A stretch of DNA of 35,129 bases from an uncultured Oscillospiraceae bacterium (GTDB lineage Bacteria; Bacillota; Clostridia; Christensenellales; CAG-138). Positions within the stretch are counted from its first letter, which is position 1; every line of letters starts with the position of its first letter. The notes under the pieces are model-generated. The model was not told where the DNA came from. It did not search any database and saw only the letters and a list, made by a program, of their open reading frames with translations. Of the stretch, positions 1 through 7,237 are shown in pieces. The translations under genes were made by a program, and so were the position numbers. The DNA is taken from contig CAZZNN010000003.1 in assembly GCA_964655605.1 (NCBI GenBank), positions 1 through 35,129 of the forward strand. Reading direction: 5' to 3'.

Positions 1-114
1 CTCCGTGCGCATTCTCGTGGCGATAAGGGATTGCTGGCCGTCGCGAAAATCGACGGAGGCAAGCTTCACAGGGCCAAACTTGGCCGCGTCAGCCCACAGA
101 TCAGGTTGATTCAT
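1..114 (-). CDS. N-terminal 38 codons of a pyruvate carboxyltransferase (HMGL-like) domain protein, oxaloacetate decarboxylase alpha / pyruvate carboxylase subunit B-like; continues beyond the window edge
   Basis: My own reverse-strand translation from the ATG at 112-114 gives MNQPDLWADAAKFGPVKLASVDFRDGQQSLIATRMRTE. The RDxxQSL-ATRMRT motif is the signature start of the OadA/PycB/5S-transcarboxylase TIM barrel. A GGAGAG SD lies upstream, and the start is 20 nt downstream of the PrpD-family stop, so the two genes are probably co-transcribed. Confidence 0.55.
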   Translation of the reverse strand, partial: MNQPDLWADAAKFGPVKLASVDFRDGQQSLIATRMRTE

Positions 115-133
115 ATATTTATCTCTCCTTATA

Positions 134-1486
134 TTATAGTTTTGGAAGCTGCTTCGCCAAAGCCGTGTTGAGCAGCTCGCGCGCCATGGCGGGCGCGTTT
201 TCGCCGTAGGGCGTCCTTAAAAGCCCCGTCGCCTTGGCGGCGAGCTGTTCCTCGCTGAGCGGTCTTGTAAGACTGCCAGACGCGTCTGGCACGGAGGCTG
301 CGACCAGCTCGCCGTTTTTCATTTTAACCGTGAGCTTGCAGCCCCAATGCTTTGGATACGCGGCGGTGAACCCTTCGTCCGTGCGCACTTCAACCTTTGC
401 CATGAGCGCGCGCACATTTTTGTCCGCCAAGCGCTCAGGCGTAAACTGCGAAAATGAAGCTTCGCCGTCCGTGAGCGCCGCCGCAACGGCATAAGGCGTT
501 GAAAACTTCGCCTGAGCAACGCTCGCGGGCGAAAGACAGCCCGCGCTCATGCCGCACTGCTTATGCCCCACAAGATAAGTGTCAACGGTTATCGAAGCTA
601 TATCATCAAGCCGTCCCAAGCATTTGGGACGCAGCGCCAAAGCGGCGTCTATGGCGCAATGCGTGCTGCGGCAGCACGGATATGGCTTGTTGTCCAGGCG
701 CTGTATTTCCCAAACCTCGCCAAGCCCCCTGTTGACGCACGATATATCCGCTTCGCCGGACATGGCCGCAAGCAGCCCGCCATCCGCGGCTTCGAGCACA
801 TGCCCCGTCCCCTTCATGCCTGAATAAGCCATTAGCGCCGCGTCAAGCCCGCTCACGGCCGCACGCCCCGCGTGCAGGGGTTTACAGGTTGCTCCGTCCA
901 GCAGGAACGACCATAGCCCGCTCGATTGCGTTCCCGCCATGCCAAGCGCGCTCACCGTTTTATCCTTATCAAGGCCAAAAAGCTTTGCGCACGCCGCCGC
1001 CGCGCCGAATGTGCCCGCGGTGCCTGTCGCGTGCCAGCCGCGATTGCGATGCGCGCTCACGCCGAGCGCCATGCCTATGCGCGCCGTAGTCTCATACGCG
1101 CAGACGAGCGCTAAAAGCAGCTCCGCCCCGCTCGCCCCAAGCGCCTCGCCAAGCGCCCACGCGGCAGGTATGGCGACTGAGCCTATATGCGTCTTTGACG
1201 CTGTGTGCACATCGTCAAGCTCAAGCGTATGCGCCGCCATAGCGTTTAGCATGACGGCCGTATGCAGGCTTCCGCGCCTGTTTCTGCCCCAAAGGGAAGC
1301 GACGCCGCCGCCATCGAAGCGCGTGAGCGTTTGCTCTATCTCTTTAAGCAGCTCATCGCCGCTCGCGCCCGCTGCGGCGGAAACCGTGTCAAGCACGCAG
1401 CGCGCGGCGGCTTGCTTAACGCTTTGTGGAAGCTCATTCCATTTCAATTCCGATATAAAAGCCGCAAGGTCATAAAGATTATCCAT
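134..1486 (-). CDS. MmgE/PrpD family protein (2-methylcitrate dehydratase-like)
   Basis: The translation carries PrpD-family hallmarks (HTLELDDVHTASKTHIGS, GWHATGTAGTFGAAAA). I moved the start from the ORF-track 1576 to the ATG at 1486 (MDNLYDL...), which has a GGAGGAG SD 4-10 nt upstream. The longer ORF would run through a terminator-like hairpin. Confidence 0.85.
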   Translation of the reverse strand: MDNLYDLAAFISELKWNELPQSVKQAAARCVLDTVSAAAGASGDELLKEIEQTLTRFDGGGVASLWGRNRRGSLHTAVMLNAMAAHTLELDDVHTASKTHIGSVAIPAAWALGEALGASGAELLLALVCAYETTARIGMALGVSAHRNRGWHATGTAGTFGAAAACAKLFGLDKDKTVSALGMAGTQSSGLWSFLLDGATCKPLHAGRAAVSGLDAALMAYSGMKGTGHVLEAADGGLLAAMSGEADISCVNRGLGEVWEIQRLDNKPYPCCRSTHCAIDAALALRPKCLGRLDDIASITVDTYLVGHKQCGMSAGCLSPASVAQAKFSTPYAVAAALTDGEASFSQFTPERLADKNVRALMAKVEVRTDEGFTAAYPKHWGCKLTVKMKNGELVAASVPDASGSLTRPLSEEQLAAKATGLLRTPYGENAPAMARELLNTALAKQLPKL

Positions 1487-1557
1487 AGCGCTCCTCCGCA
1501 TGCTTATTTCATTATATGAACAGCATAACTTATGGGCACGCAAATAAGGAAATAGCC

Positions 1558-1603
1558 TTTTTGCAGGTTTGCCCATGCAAAAAAGCTATTTCCCAATAGA
1601 TTA
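1558..1603 (-). terminator. 18-bp hairpin (one G-U pair, 10-nt loop) followed by TTATTT on the minus strand; probable lysR terminator or a regulatory hairpin ahead of the PrpD-family gene
   Basis: GGAAATAGCCTTTTTGCA-N10-TGCAAAAAAGCTATTTCC, read directly from the sequence. It sits between the lysR stop (1630) and the PrpD-family start (1486). Confidence 0.45.
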
Positions 1604-1629
1604 TATTTTTATTATACTTTGAGTGAAAG

Positions 1630-2508
1630 CTAACTGAGCGAGTTTATATCCACCTTATCCGCAAAATTCAGGAAATTGCGCAGTATGGGGTTATAGGCAT
1701 TATCGCGATGATAGATTATCCATGTTTTGCTCGTGAATGGCTCGCCGCTCTTGAAGGTGAGCGGCAGCACGAAAAGGCTGTCCTCCTTGCGGATATACTT
1801 GCCGTCGGAGATTATGCCGTAGCCAAGCCCATGCTTAACAAGGGCGAGGCACTGCTGACAGCTATTCATGCGCATACGCACTATGGGCGCTGTGTCAAAA
1901 TGCTGCGCCCACCACTCGTCGGCGCGGCGGACGACCTCGTTCTCGCGAACGAAATCTATGCGCGGCATTGCGGCAAGCTCGGCAAGCTCAAAGGGCTTTG
2001 CCGCCACTATGCACACCTGATCCTCCGAAACGAGCCGCTTTTCGAGCACGCCGGAGGCGGCGTCGCCCCTTGCAAAGCCCACATCGAGATCGCGCGCCTC
2101 TACCATGCGGCGCACCTCCCCGCTGTGCTCAACGATTAAGTCCATGTTGACCTTGGGGTAATGCTCGTTAAAAAGCGCGATGACCGCCGGAATGACATAT
2201 ATTGCATAGGCGGGAGGCGCGCCTATGTGCAGCGTGCCGCTTTCACCATTTGAAAAGGCGGCCACGCCAAGCCGCGTCTGCTCGATTATGGCGAGTATCT
2301 TTGCCGCCTGACCGGCGACGTATTCGCCCTCCGGAGTGAGCGCTATGCCCTTGGAGCCGCGCACGAGCAGCGCGAAGCCAAGTTCTTCTTCAATGAGCTG
2401 CACTCGGCGCGTAAGCGTCGGCTGAGTGATAAAAAGCAGCTTTGCGGCTCTTGTTACGTTGCCGGTACGCTTGAGCGTATCGATTATAAGCCAGTCAAAA
2501 TCGCGCAT
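1630..2508 (-). CDS. LysR family transcriptional regulator
   Basis: N-terminal wHTH (MRDFDWLIIDTLKRTGNVTRAAKLLFITQPTLTRRVQLIEEELG) plus a LysR substrate-binding domain. The start is set at the ATG at 2508, which has an AAGGAG SD. The ORF-track extension to 2628 has no homology-like sequence. Confidence 0.9.
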   Translation of the reverse strand: MRDFDWLIIDTLKRTGNVTRAAKLLFITQPTLTRRVQLIEEELGFALLVRGSKGIALTPEGEYVAGQAAKILAIIEQTRLGVAAFSNGESGTLHIGAPPAYAIYVIPAVIALFNEHYPKVNMDLIVEHSGEVRRMVEARDLDVGFARGDAASGVLEKRLVSEDQVCIVAAKPFELAELAAMPRIDFVRENEVVRRADEWWAQHFDTAPIVRMRMNSCQQCLALVKHGLGYGIISDGKYIRKEDSLFVLPLTFKSGEPFTSKTWIIYHRDNAYNPILRNFLNFADKVDINSLS

Positions 2509-2525
2509 GCCATACTCCTTTTTCA

Positions 2526-2555
2526 GCGAGTGTAAATTTACTATAGCACACTCGC
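2526..2555. promoter_or_regulatory. Perfect 8-bp dyad GCGAGTGT-N14-ACACTCGC, candidate LysR-type (T-N11-A containing) operator in the lysR/aconitase divergent region
   Basis: The inverted repeat was read directly and lies 18 nt upstream of the lysR start. LTTRs classically autoregulate through a dyad in the divergent promoter region. Confidence 0.35.
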
Positions 2556-2664
2556 CGTGAAAAGAAAAGATTCCCGCCACGGCGCGCAGAAGTGTCCATA
2601 ATTGCAATGCTGCGGCATTTGGCCGCATTAAAAATTAAGAAAATTAGGTTACTGAGGTGAAAAA

Positions 2665-4608
2665 ATGATGGATAATATGACAAAAAAGCTAATTCGCTCG
2701 CACCTTATAGGCAAGAGCGACATGAACCCTGGCGATGAGATATACATAAAAGTGGATCAGACGCTCACGCACGACATAACGGCCGTCATGGGCTATCTTG
2801 CCTTTGAGGCGCTGGAGCTGCCGCGCGTTAGAACCGAGTGCTCGGTGAGCTATCTTGACCACAATCTTTTATATGTTGATAACAAAACTCCGGACGACCA
2901 CATATTTCTCAAATCAATAGCTAAAAAATACGGGCTATACCTATCGCGTCCTGGCAACGGTATATGCCACTCGCTGCAATACGCGCGCTTTGGCATACCC
3001 GGCAAAACGCTCATGGGCTCGGACAGCCACACCACTACCGGCGGCGCTATAGGCATGTTCGCCTTTGGCGGCGGCGGAGTTGAGGTGGCGCGCGCCATGG
3101 CGGGGCTGCCTATGCGGCTAAAAATGCCGGAGGTCGTGCGCGTGGAGCTAAGGGGGCGGCTGCGCCCCGGCTGCGCCGCAAAGGACGTCATGCTTGAGCT
3201 GCTGCGCCGCTATGGCGTGAACGGCGGCACCGGCAAGGTGTTTGAATATGTGGGCGAGGGCGTTAAATCGCTCTGCGTCCCCGAGCGCGGAACCATTGCC
3301 AATATGGGCGCTGAAATGGGCGCGACTACCTCCGTGTTCCCCGCAGACGATGTTGTGCGCAGCTTTTTCAGGGCGCAAAGCCGCGAGGCGGACTTCGTTC
3401 CGCTCGCTCCCGACGAGGGCTGCGAATACGATGCGACCATAACTATAGACCTTGACGCGCTTGAGCCGCTCGCCGCCTGTCCAGACCAGCCGGACAATGT
3501 GCGCCCCGTCAGCGAGATAAGCGGCGTTAAGGTGCAGCAGGTATATATAGGCAGCTGCACAAACGGCTCCTACAGCGATATTGCAAAGGCTGCCGCCGTG
3601 CTCAAGGGCCGGCATGTACACGAGGACGTGAGCCTCACGGTATCCGTGAGCACGCGCCAGATATATAAGCAGCTCCTTCGCGACGGTGTTATCGAAACGC
3701 TAATAGACGCGGGCGCGCGGCTCACGGAGATAGCCTGCGGCGCATGCTGCGGCATAGGTCAGGCTCCCGCCACAGGCGGCGTTTCCGTGCGCACCTCCAA
3801 CCGCAATTTCAAAGGCCGCGGCGGCACCTCCGACGCAAAGCTATATCTCGTCAGCCCCGAAACCGCGGCTGCTACCGCCGTGCTTGGCCGCATAGCTTCG
3901 CCTTTTGACGTGCTTGAGGACGCGAGCGTTCTTGCGGCAATCCATGAGCCTGAGCAATATCCCATCGACGACAGCATGTTTATTTCCCCGCTCACGGACG
4001 GTTCAAGCGTTAATATTAAGCGCGGGCCTAATATACAGCCCCTGCCTGTCAACACGCCGTTGCCCGATGCGCTTCGCGCGGCAGTAAGCCTTAAAGCGGG
4101 CGACAATGTGTCGACAGACGATATAACGCCCGCCAACGCGCAATTCTCGTCCATGCGCTCTAATATACCGCTTATCGCGCAATATGCCTTCTGCCGCTAC
4201 GACCCAAGCTTTGTTGAGCGCGCAAAGGCTATGGCCGTGAGCGTGATTATCGGCGGCGAAAATTACGGGCAGGGCTCCTCCCGCGAGCACGCGGCAATAA
4301 CGCCCATGTTTCTCGGCGTTCGCGCGGTGATAGTGAAATCGATGGCGCGCATACACAAGGGAAATCTTATAAATCACGGAGTAGTGCCGCTTATATTTGA
4401 AAATCCCTCCGATTACGACAGTATCTCACTTTCGGACGAGCTTTTGATTTCGGATTTTCCCGCGCAGCTTAAAGGCAAGCGCGTGACCGTGCAAAACATA
4501 AGCACGGGACGCGAGTTTAGCGCCGCCGCCCTCCTTTCGGACGACGAGGTGAGCACGCTGCTCTGCGGCGGCCAGCTTGCATACATGAAGCAGGCGCTAA
4601 AAGCATAA
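2665..4608 (+). CDS. Aconitase family protein (aconitate hydratase, ~645-aa single-chain type with swivel domain)
   Basis: Aconitase motifs are present (GSDSHTTTGG, IGSCTNGS, ACGACCGIG Fe-S Cys ligands, NRNFKGR, YGQGSSREHAA). A GAGGTG SD lies 5 nt before the ATG. Confidence 0.85.
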   Translation: MMDNMTKKLIRSHLIGKSDMNPGDEIYIKVDQTLTHDITAVMGYLAFEALELPRVRTECSVSYLDHNLLYVDNKTPDDHIFLKSIAKKYGLYLSRPGNGICHSLQYARFGIPGKTLMGSDSHTTTGGAIGMFAFGGGGVEVARAMAGLPMRLKMPEVVRVELRGRLRPGCAAKDVMLELLRRYGVNGGTGKVFEYVGEGVKSLCVPERGTIANMGAEMGATTSVFPADDVVRSFFRAQSREADFVPLAPDEGCEYDATITIDLDALEPLAACPDQPDNVRPVSEISGVKVQQVYIGSCTNGSYSDIAKAAAVLKGRHVHEDVSLTVSVSTRQIYKQLLRDGVIETLIDAGARLTEIACGACCGIGQAPATGGVSVRTSNRNFKGRGGTSDAKLYLVSPETAAATAVLGRIASPFDVLEDASVLAAIHEPEQYPIDDSMFISPLTDGSSVNIKRGPNIQPLPVNTPLPDALRAAVSLKAGDNVSTDDITPANAQFSSMRSNIPLIAQYAFCRYDPSFVERAKAMAVSVIIGGENYGQGSSREHAAITPMFLGVRAVIVKSMARIHKGNLINHGVVPLIFENPSDYDSISLSDELLISDFPAQLKGKRVTVQNISTGREFSAAALLSDDEVSTLLCGGQLAYMKQALKA

Positions 4609-4690
4609 AGAATAAAAAGGGCGGGCTTTTTCGAGGTTGCAGATTTTGCCTACTACGCTCCGCTTCGCCGAGCGGCAAAACCTGTAAAGT

Positions 4691-4771
4691 GCGAAAACCT
4701 AACGGTTTTCATCCGTTTCGGCGTACATGCCGCCGAAGCCGGATTATAAATCCCGGGGTTTATCGACAGTC
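4691..4771 (+). repeat. Copy A of an 81-nt structured intergenic element (possible ncRNA or 3'-UTR element)
   Basis: Identical base for base to 29607-29665 plus 29688-29709. It contains nested perfect hairpins (GAAAACC-TAAC-GGTTTTC; ATCCG/TTCGGCG...CGCCGAA/CGGAT; GGATT-ATA-AATCC). It lies between the aconitase stop and a terminator. Confidence 0.6.
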
Positions 4772-4774
4772 TGG

Positions 4775-4808
4775 CGCGCTTGAATATATTATAATATATT
4801 CAAGCGCG
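4775..4808 (+). terminator. Perfect 34-nt palindrome followed by TTTT; terminator for the aconitase transcript, with the hairpin shared by the convergent GNAT gene
   Basis: CGCGCTTGAATATATTATAATATATTCAAGCGCG was checked pair by pair. The T-run at 4809-4812 overlaps the GNAT stop codon. Confidence 0.6.
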
Positions 4809-4810
4809 TT

Positions 4811-5251
4811 TTACCCTTCTCGCTTTAGGTACACCATATCGACGAGCTGCACGCCGTCCTCAAACATAACATGGTCATAATTATCAGTAAAAAAATTTTT
4901 AACGCGATGCGAATCGCAAAAGCCGCACGCATGATAAAACCCAAGCGACGATGGCACGTCGCCCGTGCCCACAAAAAGCGTTTTACAATCGGGATATTCA
5001 TTGAACAGTGCGTCAATAAGCCGTTTACCATAGCCGCGCCTGTGATATTCCGGGCGCACCGCGATGTTTTTCAGCTCATAAACGCCCTGAGACTCCTTTG
5101 TTATCACGCACTCGGCCTTTACGCCGTCATCGTCTAAAACAAACATTTCGCCGCGCTCAAGATACCTGTCTATCATGCTCTCCTGCTCGTCCGCGAGGAG
5201 CAAAAGCTCTATATACGCTTTTTTATCGCCGGTGACCTTTTTTATCTCCAT
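4811..5251 (-). CDS. GNAT family N-acetyltransferase
   Basis: Acetyl-CoA binding motif (IAVRPEYHRRGYGKRLI); GGAGG SD 6 nt upstream of the ATG. Confidence 0.85.
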   Translation of the reverse strand: MEIKKVTGDKKAYIELLLLADEQESMIDRYLERGEMFVLDDDGVKAECVITKESQGVYELKNIAVRPEYHRRGYGKRLIDALFNEYPDCKTLFVGTGDVPSSLGFYHACGFCDSHRVKNFFTDNYDHVMFEDGVQLVDMVYLKREG

Positions 5252-5299
5252 TCTGAACCTCCATTTCTATACGCGCGTGCGGTGCGGCTCCAATATTTT

Positions 5300-5584
5300 T
5301 CATTCCCTATGACAAAGGCAGATTTTATTTTTATTGACGCGCACTATGCCTTCCCTGCGCATTTTTGAAAGCTCCGCAGACATGGCGCTGCGCTCGACGG
5401 ACAGATAGTCGGCAAGCTGCTGCCGGTTGAACGGGAGTATAAACTCCGGCGCGCCCTGCCTTTGCGCTTCCGCCGAGAAATATGACAGCAGCTTTTCACG
5501 CGTTGAGCGCTTGCTTATGTGCGTGAGCTTTTCATTGGCGCGAAGGTTGCCTGCGGCAAGGTCCGCAAGCAGATTCCTTATCAT
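5300..5584 (-). pseudogene. Crp/Fnr family regulator remnant: only the C-terminal HTH half (94 codons), with no cNMP-binding domain
   Basis: TREKLLSYFSAEAQRQG...FILPFNRQQLADYLSVERSAMSAELSKMRREGIV is the typical Crp/Fnr C-terminal wHTH. There is no SD before the ATG. Only 132 nt separate it from the upstream ATPase gene, so there is no room for the roughly 130-aa N-terminal domain. Confidence 0.55.
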
Positions 5585-5716
5585 GCGGCTGTGATGCGCG
5601 CACGCCGTTGGAAATCCAACAGGCTTGTTGAAATTATATTATACAAAAAAAGGAGGGAGCGCAAAACACTTTTCGGATATGCTGCCGCGGTATGCGCTAA
5701 TGTGCAGCCGCGCCGC

Positions 5717-6616
5717 CTATTCTTCAAACAGCTCCGCGTTGGCTTTGAAAAACTCATAATAGCGTCTTGTGTTTTCAAGCTCCCACCATTTTTTCACGTC
5801 CACGGGCGCGGCGTCAAGGTCGTATATCTTTGCGCCGTTTAGCGCGAGGATAAAGGGCGAGTGCGTGGCTATTATGAACTGGCAGCCGCAATACCTCCGT
5901 TTTTCCTCGAGCATGGCTTTAAGCTCAAGCTGCATTTTTGGCGAGAGGCTGTTTTCGGGCTCGTCCAGGCAATACAGGGTGTCGTTTTCGATATAGCTTT
6001 CAAAAAACTCAAGCGCCGTTTCGCCGTTGCTGTTGAGTTTGACCTCCTTGCCTATGGTTTTTTGCAAAAACTTGCGGCGCGTGAGCGTTTTTCTTCTGGA
6101 AAGCACCTGCAAGCGGAAGTCCTCATAATTTTCCATGCTGTTAAAACGGATATTCTGGCCGTGCTTCAACTTGGCGTAATCGTCCTTGCCGTCCTCCGTG
6201 TCCTCGCGTATCTCATCGTTATTGGCGCGGGCGGCGAGCATATATTCAAAAACGTCGTCGCTGGTTATTATGCGGCTCTCAGGCGGCATTTCGGCCTCGT
6301 CGCCATAATCGTCGCAGCCGAAATGCGCGCGGCAGCGCTTTGCGTAGGCAAGCATGAGCTCGCTGCTGTTATATGGTGATATGCGCTTTAGCTCAAGCTT
6401 TAGCGCTATTAGATTCAAAAGCGTGCTCTTGCCGCTTCCGTTGCCGCCGTAAAGAATGGTTATAGGCTCAAAATCGAGCTCGGTAAGCGCCTTCGCGGTG
6501 AAAAGCGCGCAGGGATAGCCATTATCAAGGTAGCCGCCGTTTTCCTGACGGCGCAAAAACGCTATCTTATATTCTTCCTCGTCCGATAAAAGGACAAATT
6601 TTTCGAGAAACACCAT
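5717..6616 (-). CDS. AAA_21/ABC-like ATPase (standalone ATP-binding protein)
   Basis: Walker A (GGNGSGKSTLLN), signature-like SNGETA, Walker B (LYCLDEPENSLSP) and H-loop (IATHSPF) are present. An AAGGAA SD lies upstream. Confidence 0.8.
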   Translation of the reverse strand: MVFLEKFVLLSDEEEYKIAFLRRQENGGYLDNGYPCALFTAKALTELDFEPITILYGGNGSGKSTLLNLIALKLELKRISPYNSSELMLAYAKRCRAHFGCDDYGDEAEMPPESRIITSDDVFEYMLAARANNDEIREDTEDGKDDYAKLKHGQNIRFNSMENYEDFRLQVLSRRKTLTRRKFLQKTIGKEVKLNSNGETALEFFESYIENDTLYCLDEPENSLSPKMQLELKAMLEEKRRYCGCQFIIATHSPFILALNGAKIYDLDAAPVDVKKWWELENTRRYYEFFKANAELFEE

Positions 6617-6725
6617 AACGCAATTTCCTTTATATTCATACTTACATTATAGCATAAACATAACCGATAGTTGCGCTTATAGATAAAATGCTGTATCTTT
6701 AGCATAGTTTTTTTGAGGAGAGCTT

Positions 6726-7202
6726 ATGATAAATATTATCAACATCAATGAACGGCGCGAGCTTGCGCCGGGTACGGCGGCGTGGTTTCACGAAAAATGG
6801 GGGGTGCCGCGGGAGGCATATCTTGAGAGCATAACCGAAGCATTTAAGGAAGGCGCAAAGGTGCCGCAGTGGTATGCTGCGCTCGATGGGGAGAAAATTG
6901 TTGCGGGGCTGGGCGTTATAGAAAATGATTTTCACGATAGATCAGACCTCACGCCAAACGTCTGCGCGGTATATGTTGAAAAAGCGTATCGCTGCCAAGG
7001 CATAGCTGGCCAAATGCTGCGCTTTGCATGCGATGATATGAGCGCGCGCGGAATAAGCACGCTGTATCTGCTCACCGATCACACAGCATTTTACGAAAGA
7101 TACGGCTGGCAATTTTTATGCATGGTTCAGGGCGACGGCGAGGAAAAAATGTCGCGCATGTATGTGCATAAACGCGACAAATCAGCGGGCGGCCACGCAT
7201 GA
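6726..7202 (+). CDS. GNAT family N-acetyltransferase
   Basis: Motif A (VYVEKAYRCQGIAGQML); GAGGAG SD. Confidence 0.85.
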   Translation: MINIININERRELAPGTAAWFHEKWGVPREAYLESITEAFKEGAKVPQWYAALDGEKIVAGLGVIENDFHDRSDLTPNVCAVYVEKAYRCQGIAGQMLRFACDDMSARGISTLYLLTDHTAFYERYGWQFLCMVQGDGEEKMSRMYVHKRDKSAGGHA

Positions 7203-7237
7203 CCGCCCCTGCGTGTGCGATTTTATAGCCGCGCGCT

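Noticed and set aside
4689-4880. A 63-aa plus-strand ORF (GTG start) runs through repeat copy A.
   Set aside because: It has no SD and a highly basic, low-complexity product. The frame is not maintained in copy B because the 22-nt insertion shifts it and no start codon is present there. It also overlaps the terminator and the GNAT gene on the opposite strand.
5640-5716. A strong plus-strand SD-like AAAGGAGGGAG is followed by a 25-codon ORF lying between the Crp remnant and the ATPase gene.
   Set aside because: The first ATG is about 22 nt from the SD, which is too far. The ORF runs into the ATPase 3' end on the opposite strand. On the minus strand the same sequence is the CCCTCCTTTTTTT tail that follows the ATPase gene.
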